A stretch of DNA of 62,353 bases, counting the filler, from Caldilineae bacterium (GTDB taxonomy: Bacteria; Chloroflexota; Anaerolineae; DTLA01), in assembly GCA_037446815.1 (NCBI GenBank). It is 7 parts of 7 records of this genome, joined end to end, with 100 filler letters (N's around TTAATTAATTAA, not from the genome) between each part and the next. Parts side by side here need not be neighbours in the genome. Positions count along the whole stretch, not along the records: positions 18,062 to 26,919 come from JBBIHX010000124.1; positions 27,020 to 35,844 come from JBBIHX010000125.1; positions 35,945 to 44,710 come from JBBIHX010000126.1; 4 more parts are not named here. One strand, 5' to 3'. The translations under genes were made by a program, and so were the position numbers. The notes below the pieces were generated by a model. It saw only the letters and a program-made list of their open reading frames with translations, made no database searches and was not told the DNA's origin. Below are positions 26,586 to 35,977 of the stretch, piece by piece; positions within the stretch are counted from its first letter, which is position 1, and each line of letters begins with the position of its first letter.

Positions 26586-26662
26586 GATTTCGCCTCCGCT
26601 TCCGAAGTGCCGCCACGAATTATAGCACGGACTCACCGCCATCCCAAATGCGCGCGAGACCC

Positions 26663-26812
26663 GACTCGGTTCCAAAGTCTGTTGGTATTTGTCATTGCGA
26701 GGGCGCGGAGCGCCCGAAGCAATCTCCAGGGCGCGGGATTGCTTCGCTTCGCTCGCAATGACACACGATGAGAGGCTGCATGCGGCTCACCAACACAAGT
26801 TGGAACCGAGTC
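26663..26812 (+). mobile_element. 150-bp MITE, copy 1
   Basis: 13-bp TIR GACTCGGTTCCAA/TTGGAACCGAGTC; flanking 8-bp DR CGAGACCC/TGAGACCC; internal GTCATTGCGAG..CTCGCAATGAC hairpin. Confidence 0.85.
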
Positions 26813-26919
26813 TGAGACCCGATTCGGTTGCAGACTGTGTTGGTGCAGTTCACGCGAATTCGCGTCGCGCGCAATGCCGCATGACACGAAGCAACCTCGG
26901 AGGAGTGCAACCGCCAATA

Positions 26920-27019
26920 NNNNNNNNNNNNNNNNNNNNNNNNNNNNNNNNNNNNNNNNNNNNTTAATTAATTAANNNNNNNNNNNNNNNNNNNNNNNNN
27001 NNNNNNNNNNNNNNNNNNN
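26920..27019. other. artificial contig linker
   Basis: N44-TTAATTAATTAA-N44. Confidence 0.98.
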
Positions 27020-27036
27020 AAGGAGTCCCCGGACAC

Positions 27037-27252
27037 TGTCATTCTGAGCCGCGGAGCAGTGAGGAATCTCGCCCTCACCCCCGCCCTCTCCCGGCGGGCG
27101 AGGGAGCGCCGCCCTCACCCCCGCCCTCTCCCGGCGGGCGAGGGAGCGAAGAATCTCCGCACCTCCGAGGCGGGTCGCACGTGCCTCGTTCGCGCGGATT
27201 CGTGTTGTTCGCGGTTACTGCCCGACGCGATTACTTCAGATGAAACCGATTC
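27037..27252. repeat. REP-like mosaic with a tandem 40-bp duplication
   Basis: two copies of GCCCTCACCCCCGCCCTCTCCCGGCGGGCGAGGGAGCG; GTCATTCTGAGC unit; short MITE-end-like AGATGAAACCGATTC. Confidence 0.8.
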
Positions 27253-27273
27253 CGGGCAGCCGCCCCGTTCGCG

Positions 27274-27302
27274 TTGACGGTTTGCGTCGGCGGTGTTACA
27301 AT
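27274..27302 (+). promoter_or_regulatory. sigma70-type promoter
   Basis: TTGACG-17 bp-TACAAT with an extended -10 TG. Confidence 0.7.
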
Positions 27303-27359
27303 GGGCAGGCTTCATACGGTTGACGAACCTTGCCACAGAATGCGAAGGGAGCGGTCGCG

Positions 27360-29033
27360 ATGGATATTCCCAACCTGCGATGGTGGGGGTGGGGGACGCT
27401 GGAGCAAACCTACTCCCTGGACAATCGGCCCCGACTGTGGCCCACGCTGCGCCAATGGCTCGCGCTTCCCGACGAAATCATTCACGTTCCGCCTGTGCTC
27501 CTGGATGACATTGACCTGCGCCCGCCTCGTCTGACCGACGCGGACCTGCCTGCGCTGCGCAAGATTGCGGGCGAGGATGCCGTGCTGGTGGATCGTCGTT
27601 CGCGCGTGGAGCACGCCTTCGGCAAGTCCTACCGCGACTTGGTGCGGGCGCGGGCGGGTGTGGTCTCCAATCCCCCCGACGCCGTGGTGTATCCCGCGGA
27701 TGAGGGGCAGGTGGCGGCGGTGCTGGCGTGGGCGGCCGACCGCGACGTGGCCGTGGTGCCTTTCGGCGGCGGGAGCAGCGTGCTGGGGGGCGTGGAGCCG
27801 GAACCCGGCCCGCGTTCGGTGATCTCGCTGGACATGGCGCGGATGGATCGGCTCGTGGCGCTGGATCAAGTCTCCCGGACGGCGCGTATCCAGGCGGGAG
27901 CGACCGGCCCGGAGGTGGAGGCGCAATTGAACGCCCAGGGGTTCACCTTGGGCCACTTTCCGCAGTCCTTTGAGTTCTCCACGCTGGGCGGCTGGGTTGC
28001 AACCCGCGCGGCGGGCCAGGCGTCCACGGGGTACGGCAAGATTGAGGACATGACGCAGGCCGTGAGGGTGGTCAGCCCCGCCGGCGTTTTGGATACACGG
28101 GACGCGCCTGCGACGGCCACAGGCCCGAGCCTGCTGCAACTCCTCGTCGGCTCCGAAGGGGTCTTCGGTGTCATCACCGAGGCCACGGTGCGAATTCATC
28201 CGATGCCCCAGGTGCAGGACTACCGCGGGTTCCTGTTCCGCTCGCTAGAGGACGGCCTGGCGGCCCTGCGCGATCTGCTGCAGAACGGCCCGAAGCCCAC
28301 CGTGGCCCGCCTGTCCGACGCCAGCGAGACGGCCGGCTTCGCCATGGTGGCGCATGTGCACAGGGGGCTGAAGCGCCTGGCCGACGTGGCCGCCGAGGCT
28401 TACCTCAGGGCACGCGGCCATAGCCTCACGGGAGGCTCGTGCGTCCTTATCCTCGGCTACGATGGGGATGCGCGGACCGTGCACCGCAAGTGGGGACTGG
28501 CCGCGCCCATCTGTGGAGCCCACGGCGGCCTGGCTGTCGGGCGGTCGGCCGGGGAGTCGTGGAAGCGGGAACGGTTCGCGCAGCCGTACCTGCGGGATAT
28601 TCTCCTGGGTGCGGGGGTCTTGGTGGACACCTTGGAGACGGCCACCTCGTGGGCGAATCTGCTGCGGCTGTACGAGGCCATGACCGAGGCGCTGCGCACG
28701 GCCATCCGCGACACGGACGGGGGGCCTGGGTACGTGATGACGCACGTTTCCCACGTGTACGAGTGGGGCGCGTCGCTGTATTCCACGTTTCTGGGCCGAC
28801 AGGTGCGCGGCCAAGAGGAGCAGCAGTGGTGGGCCATCAAGCGCGCGACGACGGAGGCCATCCTGAATGCGGGCGGCACGTTGAGCCACCACCACGGCAT
28901 TGGGCGCGACCATGCCTCGTGGCATGAGCGGGAAGTCGGGCGGCTGGGCGTGGAAGCGTTCAGGGCGGTCAAGCGCACTCTAGACCCGGCGGGAATCCTC
29001 AATCCGGGCATTCTGCTGTCCACCGGGGGGTAA
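27360..29033 (+). CDS. FAD-binding oxidoreductase, alkyl-DHAP synthase (AgpS/ADPS)-like
   Basis: WWGWG, HAFGKSYRD, PFGGGSSV, GHFPQSFEFSTLGGWVATR, HVSHVY, LSHHHGIG. Confidence 0.88.
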   Translation: MDIPNLRWWGWGTLEQTYSLDNRPRLWPTLRQWLALPDEIIHVPPVLLDDIDLRPPRLTDADLPALRKIAGEDAVLVDRRSRVEHAFGKSYRDLVRARAGVVSNPPDAVVYPADEGQVAAVLAWAADRDVAVVPFGGGSSVLGGVEPEPGPRSVISLDMARMDRLVALDQVSRTARIQAGATGPEVEAQLNAQGFTLGHFPQSFEFSTLGGWVATRAAGQASTGYGKIEDMTQAVRVVSPAGVLDTRDAPATATGPSLLQLLVGSEGVFGVITEATVRIHPMPQVQDYRGFLFRSLEDGLAALRDLLQNGPKPTVARLSDASETAGFAMVAHVHRGLKRLADVAAEAYLRARGHSLTGGSCVLILGYDGDARTVHRKWGLAAPICGAHGGLAVGRSAGESWKRERFAQPYLRDILLGAGVLVDTLETATSWANLLRLYEAMTEALRTAIRDTDGGPGYVMTHVSHVYEWGASLYSTFLGRQVRGQEEQQWWAIKRATTEAILNAGGTLSHHHGIGRDHASWHEREVGRLGVEAFRAVKRTLDPAGILNPGILLSTGG

Positions 29034-29037
29034 GACG

Positions 29038-30690
29038 ATGACCGAATTGCCGTTCAGCCTCACCTGCTCGCGCCCCTTCTCGGCGGCAACCCGACAGGAG
29101 AATCTGGACGCGCTGGCGTCGGAGACGTTTGATATTCTGGTCATTGGCGGCGGCATCACCGGCGTGGCGGTGGCCCGCGATGCGGCGCTGCGGGGGTACC
29201 GCACGGCCCTGGTGGAGAAGCGCGACTTCGGGTTTGGCACCAGCAGCCGCTCGTCGCGGATGATCCACGGCGGGCTTCGCTATCTGGAAAATTACGAGTT
29301 CGGGCTGGTGCTGGAGTGCTGCAACGAGCGGCGGCGGCTGCGCAAGATCGCGCCGAGGCTGGTGCGACCGCTCCCGTTCCTGTATCCGGTGTACAGCGAC
29401 CAGAAGACGGGCCCCATCAAGTTGCGCATGGGGCTGACGCTGTACGATGCGCTGGGGCTGTTCCAGAACGTGCAGCGCCACCGATGGCTGGGCGCGGATG
29501 AGGCGCGGGCGCGAGAGCCGATCCTGGCCAGGGCGGGGCTTCTTGGCGCGGCGCGGTTCTACGATGCGCGCACGGACGATGCCCGCCTGACCATGCTCAT
29601 CGCCAGGGCTGCCCATGCCGCGGGGGCCATCGTTGCCAACTACGCCGAGGTTGTCGGTCTGCGCTTGGCGGGCAACAAGGTGCAAGGCGCATGGGTGCGC
29701 GACGGCATCACGGGGCGCGAGATAGAGGTGCGGGCCCGTGCTGTCGTGAACGCGACGGGGGTGTGGGTGGATTCCATCCGGCGGCAGGACGCATCCTACA
29801 AAGGCATCACCATACGCCCTACCAAGGGCATACACCTGGTCTTCTGGCGGGAGCGGTTGCCGAGCCATCACGCCATCGCCTTTGACTCGCCGCGGGATGG
29901 GCGGCATGCGTTTCTGGTGCCGTGGGGCCAGCACACCATCGCCGGCACAACCGACACTGACTACGCGGGCGACTTGGATAACCCGGCTGCCGACCGCGAG
30001 GACGTGGCCTACATGCTGGAGGCGCTGAATCACAACTTCCCGAACGCGCACATCGGCGAGGGGGATATTGTGAGCACCTTCGCCGGCCTGCGCCCGCTGA
30101 TCTACGCCGAGGGGGGCACCTACAGCATTTCGCGCGAGCATCAGATTTACCGCAGCCCGTCGGGGCTCATCACCGTTGCGGGCGGCAAACTGACAACCCA
30201 TCGCCTCATGGCCGAGCAGATTGTGGACATGGCGGCGCAGGTTCTGGCGCGGGAGCACGGGGTAGAGGCGACATGCGGTTGCAGCACGCGACGGGCGTTG
30301 CCCGGGGCGGAAATCGTGGGCGATGTGGCGGCGTGGATGGCCGACCGCGACGCGCAGGCGCACCTGGTGGAGACCTACGGGTCCGATGCGGCGCTGATCG
30401 CCGCGTATGCGGAGGAGAACCCCGAGTTGGGCGAGCGCATCGTGCCCGAGTTGCCCTACCTGATGGCTGAGGCGCTCTACGCGGTGCAGCATGAGATGGC
30501 CATGCGCCTGACGGACGCGCTCATCCGCCGCACGCACGTGATTTACGAGGTGCAGGACGGCGGGGTGGAGCGCGCAAGGGCTGTGGCCGAGGTGTTGGCC
30601 CCGCGGTTGGGGTGGACGGCGGCGGACGTGGAGCGCGAGTTGGCCGAGTACGAGCGGCAGGTGGCGCTGACGCAAGCGTGGCGCGGCTAG
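29038..30690 (+). CDS. glpD: FAD-dependent glycerol-3-phosphate dehydrogenase/oxidase
   Basis: IGGGITG, GTSSRSSRMIHGGLRYL, DDARL, GTTD, AGLRPL, GGKLTTHR. Confidence 0.92.
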   Translation: MTELPFSLTCSRPFSAATRQENLDALASETFDILVIGGGITGVAVARDAALRGYRTALVEKRDFGFGTSSRSSRMIHGGLRYLENYEFGLVLECCNERRRLRKIAPRLVRPLPFLYPVYSDQKTGPIKLRMGLTLYDALGLFQNVQRHRWLGADEARAREPILARAGLLGAARFYDARTDDARLTMLIARAAHAAGAIVANYAEVVGLRLAGNKVQGAWVRDGITGREIEVRARAVVNATGVWVDSIRRQDASYKGITIRPTKGIHLVFWRERLPSHHAIAFDSPRDGRHAFLVPWGQHTIAGTTDTDYAGDLDNPAADREDVAYMLEALNHNFPNAHIGEGDIVSTFAGLRPLIYAEGGTYSISREHQIYRSPSGLITVAGGKLTTHRLMAEQIVDMAAQVLAREHGVEATCGCSTRRALPGAEIVGDVAAWMADRDAQAHLVETYGSDAALIAAYAEENPELGERIVPELPYLMAEALYAVQHEMAMRLTDALIRRTHVIYEVQDGGVERARAVAEVLAPRLGWTAADVERELAEYERQVALTQAWRG

Positions 30691-33600
30691 CGCGACCTTT
30701 CCTCCGCGAGCAGGCGTTGGTACAGGCTCACGGTCTCGGGCATGGGAGGCGCGCTCAGTTCGGCGCGGAGGGTAGCCTCGCACTGCTCAAACGTGCGGAT
30801 GACCATGGCGCGGTTGCCCTGCGCGCTGTAGCAGCGCATGAGGACGCGGTACGCCTCTTCCCAGCAGTTGTCTATGGCGAGGGCCCGCTGGCACCAGGCG
30901 GCGGCTTCGTCGCAGTCGCCGATATCGGCCAGGCGCCCGGCCAGGTGCGTGATGCCGTGCAGGTACGCCTGTCGCAGGCGCTCGCGCTCCCGAAGTGTCC
31001 AGTCCTCGTATAGGAAATCGCTCAAATAGTCGCCGCGGTACAGCGCGAGGGCCTCTCGCAACAGACGAATGCTCTCCTCGGGCACGGCGGTTTGCTCGGC
31101 CTTGCTCATCAGATGCTCAAACTCGTCAACATCCACCCGCAAAGCGGCCGCAGGATTCAGCCCGTAGGCGGATTCGCGCCGCAGGATGAAAAACCCCGCG
31201 GAGCGCGACGGGCGTTGCGGCTCCAGGGCGTGGTTCAGGGCATTGAGCGCCACCTTGAAGCGCGCTTCGGCGGATGATGGGTCGGAATGCGGCCACAGGT
31301 ACTCCAAGATTTGATCGCGCTGGAGGAACTTGCCCCTGTGCGCGAGCAGGAGGGCGAACAACTGCCGCGCCTTCTCGCGCTGCCACTCGCGGGGGCCGAT
31401 TTCCTCGCGCCCTCGCCAGATGCGCAAAGGTCCCAGCACCTGTATCGTGAGCGAGTAGCCCGGGTGGGACTCAAATTCGGCCACGCCCAGGTCGTCCAGG
31501 AGTCGGGACACGTAGGCCATGTGAATGCGGCGGCGTCGGGCCTCCATGAAGAGCGGGATGCACCGCTGGGGGTCAGGTGGGGCCAGCAGGCTGGGCCGAG
31601 TGAGGAGGGCTGCCCCCTCGTTGTCCTGCACCAGGCGCAGGAGGGCCTCGGCGTGGAGCGCGAAGGCCGCGGGGTCGCCGCTGTCCAGGTAGGCGAGGCT
31701 CAACCACAAGCGACAGGCGGCGCGCGCGAACGCATCGGAGCAACGGAGGAAGGCGGTCTCGGCCCGCGCCAGTTCGTCAATCGCCTGCGGAATGCGGTTG
31801 GTGTGGACGTACACGGCGCCCAGCGTCAGGCGAACCAGGGCGGCGATCCACTCGTCGCCAGCAGCCAGGGCGATGTCTATGCCTTCCTGCGCACAGGCTT
31901 CGGCGCGGCCCGCATCGCCGAAGAACCCGTAGAGCCGCGTAAGCCCCCAGAGGGGTTCCACCGTGGCGCGAGAGACCTGCAGCGACTTGGCCATGGCAAT
32001 GGCCTTCTGGTAGCAGGCCTCCGCCTCCTCGGGCCTGGGCTTGCCGATCTGGTGGGCATGCCCGAGGCGCATATACCCGACGGCTTCCACAAAAGGCGAG
32101 CCGAGCGCACGCCCGACCTGGATTCCATCCAGAGCGCACTGCATCGCCGCTTCTGGGTCTCCGCGGAAGGCGTGGATGAGCGATAGGAGGAGCAGGGTTT
32201 CGCGGTGGGCGCGGGCGGGGCGATGGGGCGGCGCGGCCCGTTCTTCGGCGGCGCGCTGCTCCAGGATGGCCTGGGCCTGGGCGATGCGCCCGGTGCGCAG
32301 GAGGACGCGCACGTCCAGGTCGGCGGCGCTGGGGCCGTCGGAGGTCAGGAGGGCGCGGGCTTGCTCGCGGAGCGCCCTTGCTTCGTCCAGTCGGCCCAGG
32401 TTGGTGCGATTCTCCGCGAGCGCCTCCAGCAGGGCCGCGCGTTCGCGTCTGTCCTTCTCGTCGTTGAGGCGCAGCGCCTCCTCCAGGAGGGCCTCGGCGC
32501 GGAGCGGGCGCACCGTGTCCAGGTACACCGTACCCTGCGCCCGAAGGGCGCGGCTCAAACCGGCGTTATCCCCCGTGGCGCGGAAGCGGCTCTCGGCGCG
32601 GCTGTACCATTCCAGCGCCTCCTCAAACTGGCTGGCCAGCCGATAGGTGTCGCCCAGCCAGACCATCAGCAGCGGGTATTCCTCCAGCACAGGGTGGGGG
32701 AGCGCGACGATCCAGTTTCGCAGGGTGTCCAGGCGGCCCGTGCGGATCATCCCCTCGGCCAGCGCGCCGATGGCCTCCGCGGCCGGTATGAAGTCGCCGG
32801 CCGCAAGGAAGTGGATGACGGCTTCCTCCGCCGCGCCCTCGCCCGTGTAGAAACGCGCCGCCTGGCGATGGAGCGCGCTCTTGGACAGGCCGTGCGCGGC
32901 GAGTTGCTCCTGCAAGAAGTCTCGGAACAGGTGTTGATACCGATACTCCTGCGGGCCGGTCTGATGGACGAAGAGGCCATCATCGCACAGGCCCCGCAGG
33001 ATGGTCTCCGAGCCGCGCCAGCCCAGCATCGCGTCGCACACGTCCGGGGTCATGGAGTGCAGGACGCTGGTTACCAGCAGGAAATGCTGGCGTTCCGGCG
33101 ACGTGCGGTTGAGGACTTCCTTGGCGAGATAGTCAAAGAGCGGGTCCAGCGCCTCGGGCAAGGCGGTCCAAACGTCCTGCAGCGAGGCTACGGAGCCTGA
33201 CTCCAGGGCCTTCCATATCATCTGCAAGGCGATAACCCAGCCTTCGGTCTCGCGCGCGAGGCGCTCTACATCGGCGGGCGCCAACTGCACCTTGTACAAG
33301 GCGCGGAACAGGGTCTCTATTTCGTCCGCGGTGAAGGCCAGGTCTTCCACGCCGATTTCCAGCAGGCGCCCCTTGACCTTCCACCGACTGAGGGGCAGGA
33401 GCGCCGGGCGTTGACGCGCGCTGAGGATGACATGGATGTTGGGGGGTAGGTAGTCAACCAAGCGGGCGACGATGTGGGCGATTTCGGGAACGTCGGCCAC
33501 CAGGTGGAAATCGTCTATGACGAGCGCGCTGTCGGTTCGCAGGTCATCGGCCAGTTCGTTGATGAGCATGTCGGTGGCGCGCCGCCAAGACGCCGGCCCA

Positions 33601-33926
33601 CCGGCAGGCCCCTGACGCAAGAACGCGAGGGTGCTGTCGGCGATCTCCGGCAGTTGAAGCCGCAGGGCGTGCACCACATGCAGGAGGAAGGCCATCGGGT
33701 CGGCATCTGTTTCGGCCGCGCTGTACCAGAACAGGGGGACCTTCCCGTCGGCCAACGCCTGGACCAACGCCGTGGATTTGCCGTATCCCGTCGCGGCCTG
33801 CACCAGGGTAACGTTGTGGTGTAGACAGCGCAGGATGCGTTCCGACAGGCGCGGCCTGTACAGGTTCGGCTGCAAGGGTTTGGGCGGAATCAGTTTCGTT
33901 TGCAGGATAAGGGTATCCGCGACCAT
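30687..33926 (-). CDS. MalT-like STAND ATPase / TPR / BTAD transcriptional regulator
   Basis: TKLIPP, ATGYGKST, IDDFH, TEGWVIAL, YRYQHLFRDFL, TPRs; C-terminal wHTH-BTAD (ALYRGDYL, EEAYRVLM). Confidence 0.92.
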   Translation of the reverse strand: MVADTLILQTKLIPPKPLQPNLYRPRLSERILRCLHHNVTLVQAATGYGKSTALVQALADGKVPLFWYSAAETDADPMAFLLHVVHALRLQLPEIADSTLAFLRQGPAGGPASWRRATDMLINELADDLRTDSALVIDDFHLVADVPEIAHIVARLVDYLPPNIHVILSARQRPALLPLSRWKVKGRLLEIGVEDLAFTADEIETLFRALYKVQLAPADVERLARETEGWVIALQMIWKALESGSVASLQDVWTALPEALDPLFDYLAKEVLNRTSPERQHFLLVTSVLHSMTPDVCDAMLGWRGSETILRGLCDDGLFVHQTGPQEYRYQHLFRDFLQEQLAAHGLSKSALHRQAARFYTGEGAAEEAVIHFLAAGDFIPAAEAIGALAEGMIRTGRLDTLRNWIVALPHPVLEEYPLLMVWLGDTYRLASQFEEALEWYSRAESRFRATGDNAGLSRALRAQGTVYLDTVRPLRAEALLEEALRLNDEKDRRERAALLEALAENRTNLGRLDEARALREQARALLTSDGPSAADLDVRVLLRTGRIAQAQAILEQRAAEERAAPPHRPARAHRETLLLLSLIHAFRGDPEAAMQCALDGIQVGRALGSPFVEAVGYMRLGHAHQIGKPRPEEAEACYQKAIAMAKSLQVSRATVEPLWGLTRLYGFFGDAGRAEACAQEGIDIALAAGDEWIAALVRLTLGAVYVHTNRIPQAIDELARAETAFLRCSDAFARAACRLWLSLAYLDSGDPAAFALHAEALLRLVQDNEGAALLTRPSLLAPPDPQRCIPLFMEARRRRIHMAYVSRLLDDLGVAEFESHPGYSLTIQVLGPLRIWRGREEIGPREWQREKARQLFALLLAHRGKFLQRDQILEYLWPHSDPSSAEARFKVALNALNHALEPQRPSRSAGFFILRRESAYGLNPAAALRVDVDEFEHLMSKAEQTAVPEESIRLLREALALYRGDYLSDFLYEDWTLRERERLRQAYLHGITHLAGRLADIGDCDEAAAWCQRALAIDNCWEEAYRVLMRCYSAQGNRAMVIRTFEQCEATLRAELSAPPMPETVSLYQRLLAEERSR

Positions 33927-33975
33927 GGCTGTATTATACCGCTTGGGGCGGCGGGCGCAAGGTGGGTAGGCGGAG

Positions 33976-34124
33976 GACTCGTTCCATCTTGTGTTGGTGA
34001 AACGCATGGACACTCTCCTCGTGTGTCGTTGCGAGCGAAGCGAAGCAACCTCACGCCCCAGAGATTGCTTCGGGCGCTCCGCGCCCTCGCAATGACAAAT
34101 ACCAACAGACTTTGGAACCGAATC
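33976..34124 (-). mobile_element. 150-bp MITE, copy 2 (149 bp)
   Basis: GACTC-GTTCCA...TGGAACCGAATC; 8-bp DR AGGCGGAG/AGGCGGGG. Confidence 0.85.
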
Positions 34125-34244
34125 AGGCGGGGGGCAGATGCGCGCGGCGCCCCCCTTTGCCGCGCTGGGGCGAGTGTGCTACACTTGGCATGACTCTCTG
34201 CCGTTCGGTGCTGCACCGAACGCATCGCAGCCTGGGAGGGAACG

Positions 34245-35633
34245 ATGAGAGACCACACGAGACTGCTCGCGGAACTTGCGGAACAATACAGGCGACACGC
34301 CCCCAAGTCGGCGGCACTCCACGAGCGCGCCCGAACGTGCATCGTGGACGGCATGAGCCACGCCCGCCGCGCCGTAACGCCGTTTCCGCCTCGTATCGTC
34401 CGGGCGCGCGGCGCATGGGTGGAGGATGAGGACGGCCATCGGATTCTGGACTTCTGGCAGGGGCACTATGCCAACATCCTGGGGCACAACGCCGAGATCA
34501 TCGTGCAGGCGGTGGCCCAGGCGCTGGAGGACGGGCGCGGACTCCAGACCGGATTTGAGGATCGCACCCATGTGGAGGCCGCGGAAATCCTGTGTCGGCA
34601 GACGGGCGCGGAACGGGTGCGCTTCACCACGAGCGGGGCCCTGGCGACGATGTACAGCATCCTGCTGGCGCGGGCGTTCACGGGGCGGGACCTGGTGCTC
34701 AAGGTCGGCGGGGGATGGCACGGCGCGCAGCCCTGGGGATTGAAGGGCGTGAGTTTCCACAACGGGAGCCGCTACGACCACATGGAGACGGAAGGGTTCC
34801 CCGGAATCATTGACCGGGACACGATCGTCTCTCGGTTCAACGATGCGCAATCCCTGCGCGACGCCTTTGAGCGGTACGGGGATCGCATCGCGTGTTTCAT
34901 CGTGGAGCCGTTTATCGGGGCCGGCGGGTTTATCCCGGCGACGCGGGAGTATCTCCGCGAGGCGCGGGCGCTGACAGAGAAGTACGGCAGCGTGCTCATC
35001 TTTGACGAGGTGATTTCGGGGTTCCGGTTCCGCGCCGGGGATTTGGGGGCGCTGTACGGCGTCCGCCCTGACCTGGCGGCGTTCGGCAAGATCGTGGGCG
35101 GGGGGATGCCCGTGGCGGCAGTGGCGGGCCGCGCGGACATCCTGGCGTTGGCCGGCACGGAAGGCGGGAACCGCGTCCGCTTCACCGGCGGCACATATTC
35201 GGCGCATCCGGCGTCTATGGTGGCCGCGAAAACCGTGATGGAGTATCTGGCGGCGAATGAAGCGTCCATCTACCCGAGGCTGGCCGACCTGGGCGACAAG
35301 ACGCGCCGCGCCATGGAGCAGGCGTTCGCCGAGGAGGGTGTCCTGGCGCGGTGCACGGGCGACCCGCGCGGGGCATTCGGCGGGAGTTCGCTCGGCATGC
35401 TCCATTTCCCCTACGACGCAGCGCTGGAGTTCACGTGCCCCGAAGATGTGTACGACCCGCGCAAATGCGATGTTGCCCTGCGGGATAAGGTGGTGCAGAC
35501 GGCGCTCCTGCTGGAGGATGTGCATGTCGTGCACGGTCTGGGGGCGGTGAGCACGGCGCATACCGAGGCCGAGGTGGAGTTTCTGCGCGAGGCCTGCCGG
35601 CGCGTGGCGCGGCGTATCAAGCCCTACCTGTAG
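34245..35633 (+). CDS. class III PLP aminotransferase (glutamate-1-semialdehyde aminomutase-like)
   Basis: ILGH, VRFTTSG, GGWHG, LIFDEVISGFR, FGKIVGGGMP, GGTYSAHP. Confidence 0.9.
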   Translation: MRDHTRLLAELAEQYRRHAPKSAALHERARTCIVDGMSHARRAVTPFPPRIVRARGAWVEDEDGHRILDFWQGHYANILGHNAEIIVQAVAQALEDGRGLQTGFEDRTHVEAAEILCRQTGAERVRFTTSGALATMYSILLARAFTGRDLVLKVGGGWHGAQPWGLKGVSFHNGSRYDHMETEGFPGIIDRDTIVSRFNDAQSLRDAFERYGDRIACFIVEPFIGAGGFIPATREYLREARALTEKYGSVLIFDEVISGFRFRAGDLGALYGVRPDLAAFGKIVGGGMPVAAVAGRADILALAGTEGGNRVRFTGGTYSAHPASMVAAKTVMEYLAANEASIYPRLADLGDKTRRAMEQAFAEEGVLARCTGDPRGAFGGSSLGMLHFPYDAALEFTCPEDVYDPRKCDVALRDKVVQTALLLEDVHVVHGLGAVSTAHTEAEVEFLREACRRVARRIKPYL

Positions 35634-35659
35634 GAGCGCGACGCCGCGAAGGACGGCAA

Positions 35660-35844
35660 CCGCGAATCGCGCAAATGAGGCACCTGCGACGCACCTCCGA
35701 GGTGCGTCGCAGGTTGTCTCACCATCTGTTGCGCTGAGCCGAAGGCTATTCGCCCTCGCCCTTTGGGAGAGGGCTGGGGTGAGGGGCGTGAGATTCTTCG
35801 CCGCTGCGCGGCTCAGAATGACGGGGGTCCCGGCGCCCTCGCCC
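35660..35844. repeat. REP-like mosaic
   Basis: CCTGCGACGCACCTCCGAGGTGCGTCGCAGG; reverse CCCTCACCCC unit; GAGATTCTTCG..CTCAGAATGAC. Confidence 0.8.
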
Positions 35845-35944
35845 NNNNNNNNNNNNNNNNNNNNNNNNNNNNNNNNNNNNNNNNNNNNTTAATTAATTAA
35901 NNNNNNNNNNNNNNNNNNNNNNNNNNNNNNNNNNNNNNNNNNNN
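35845..35944. other. artificial contig linker
   Basis: N44-TTAATTAATTAA-N44. Confidence 0.98.
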
Positions 35945-35977
35945 GCCAACTTGCCCTACACCCTTAGCGCGGCGGCT

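Noticed and set aside
26689..26967. Small ORFs containing SLRAKRSN / RLLRALRALAMT, repeated at several loci
   Set aside because: These are translations of the non-coding MITE and REP sequences, not a protein family.
34245..35633. Assigning hemL to the class III aminotransferase
   Set aside because: The motifs diverge from HemL and there is no tetrapyrrole gene context; left as a family-level call.
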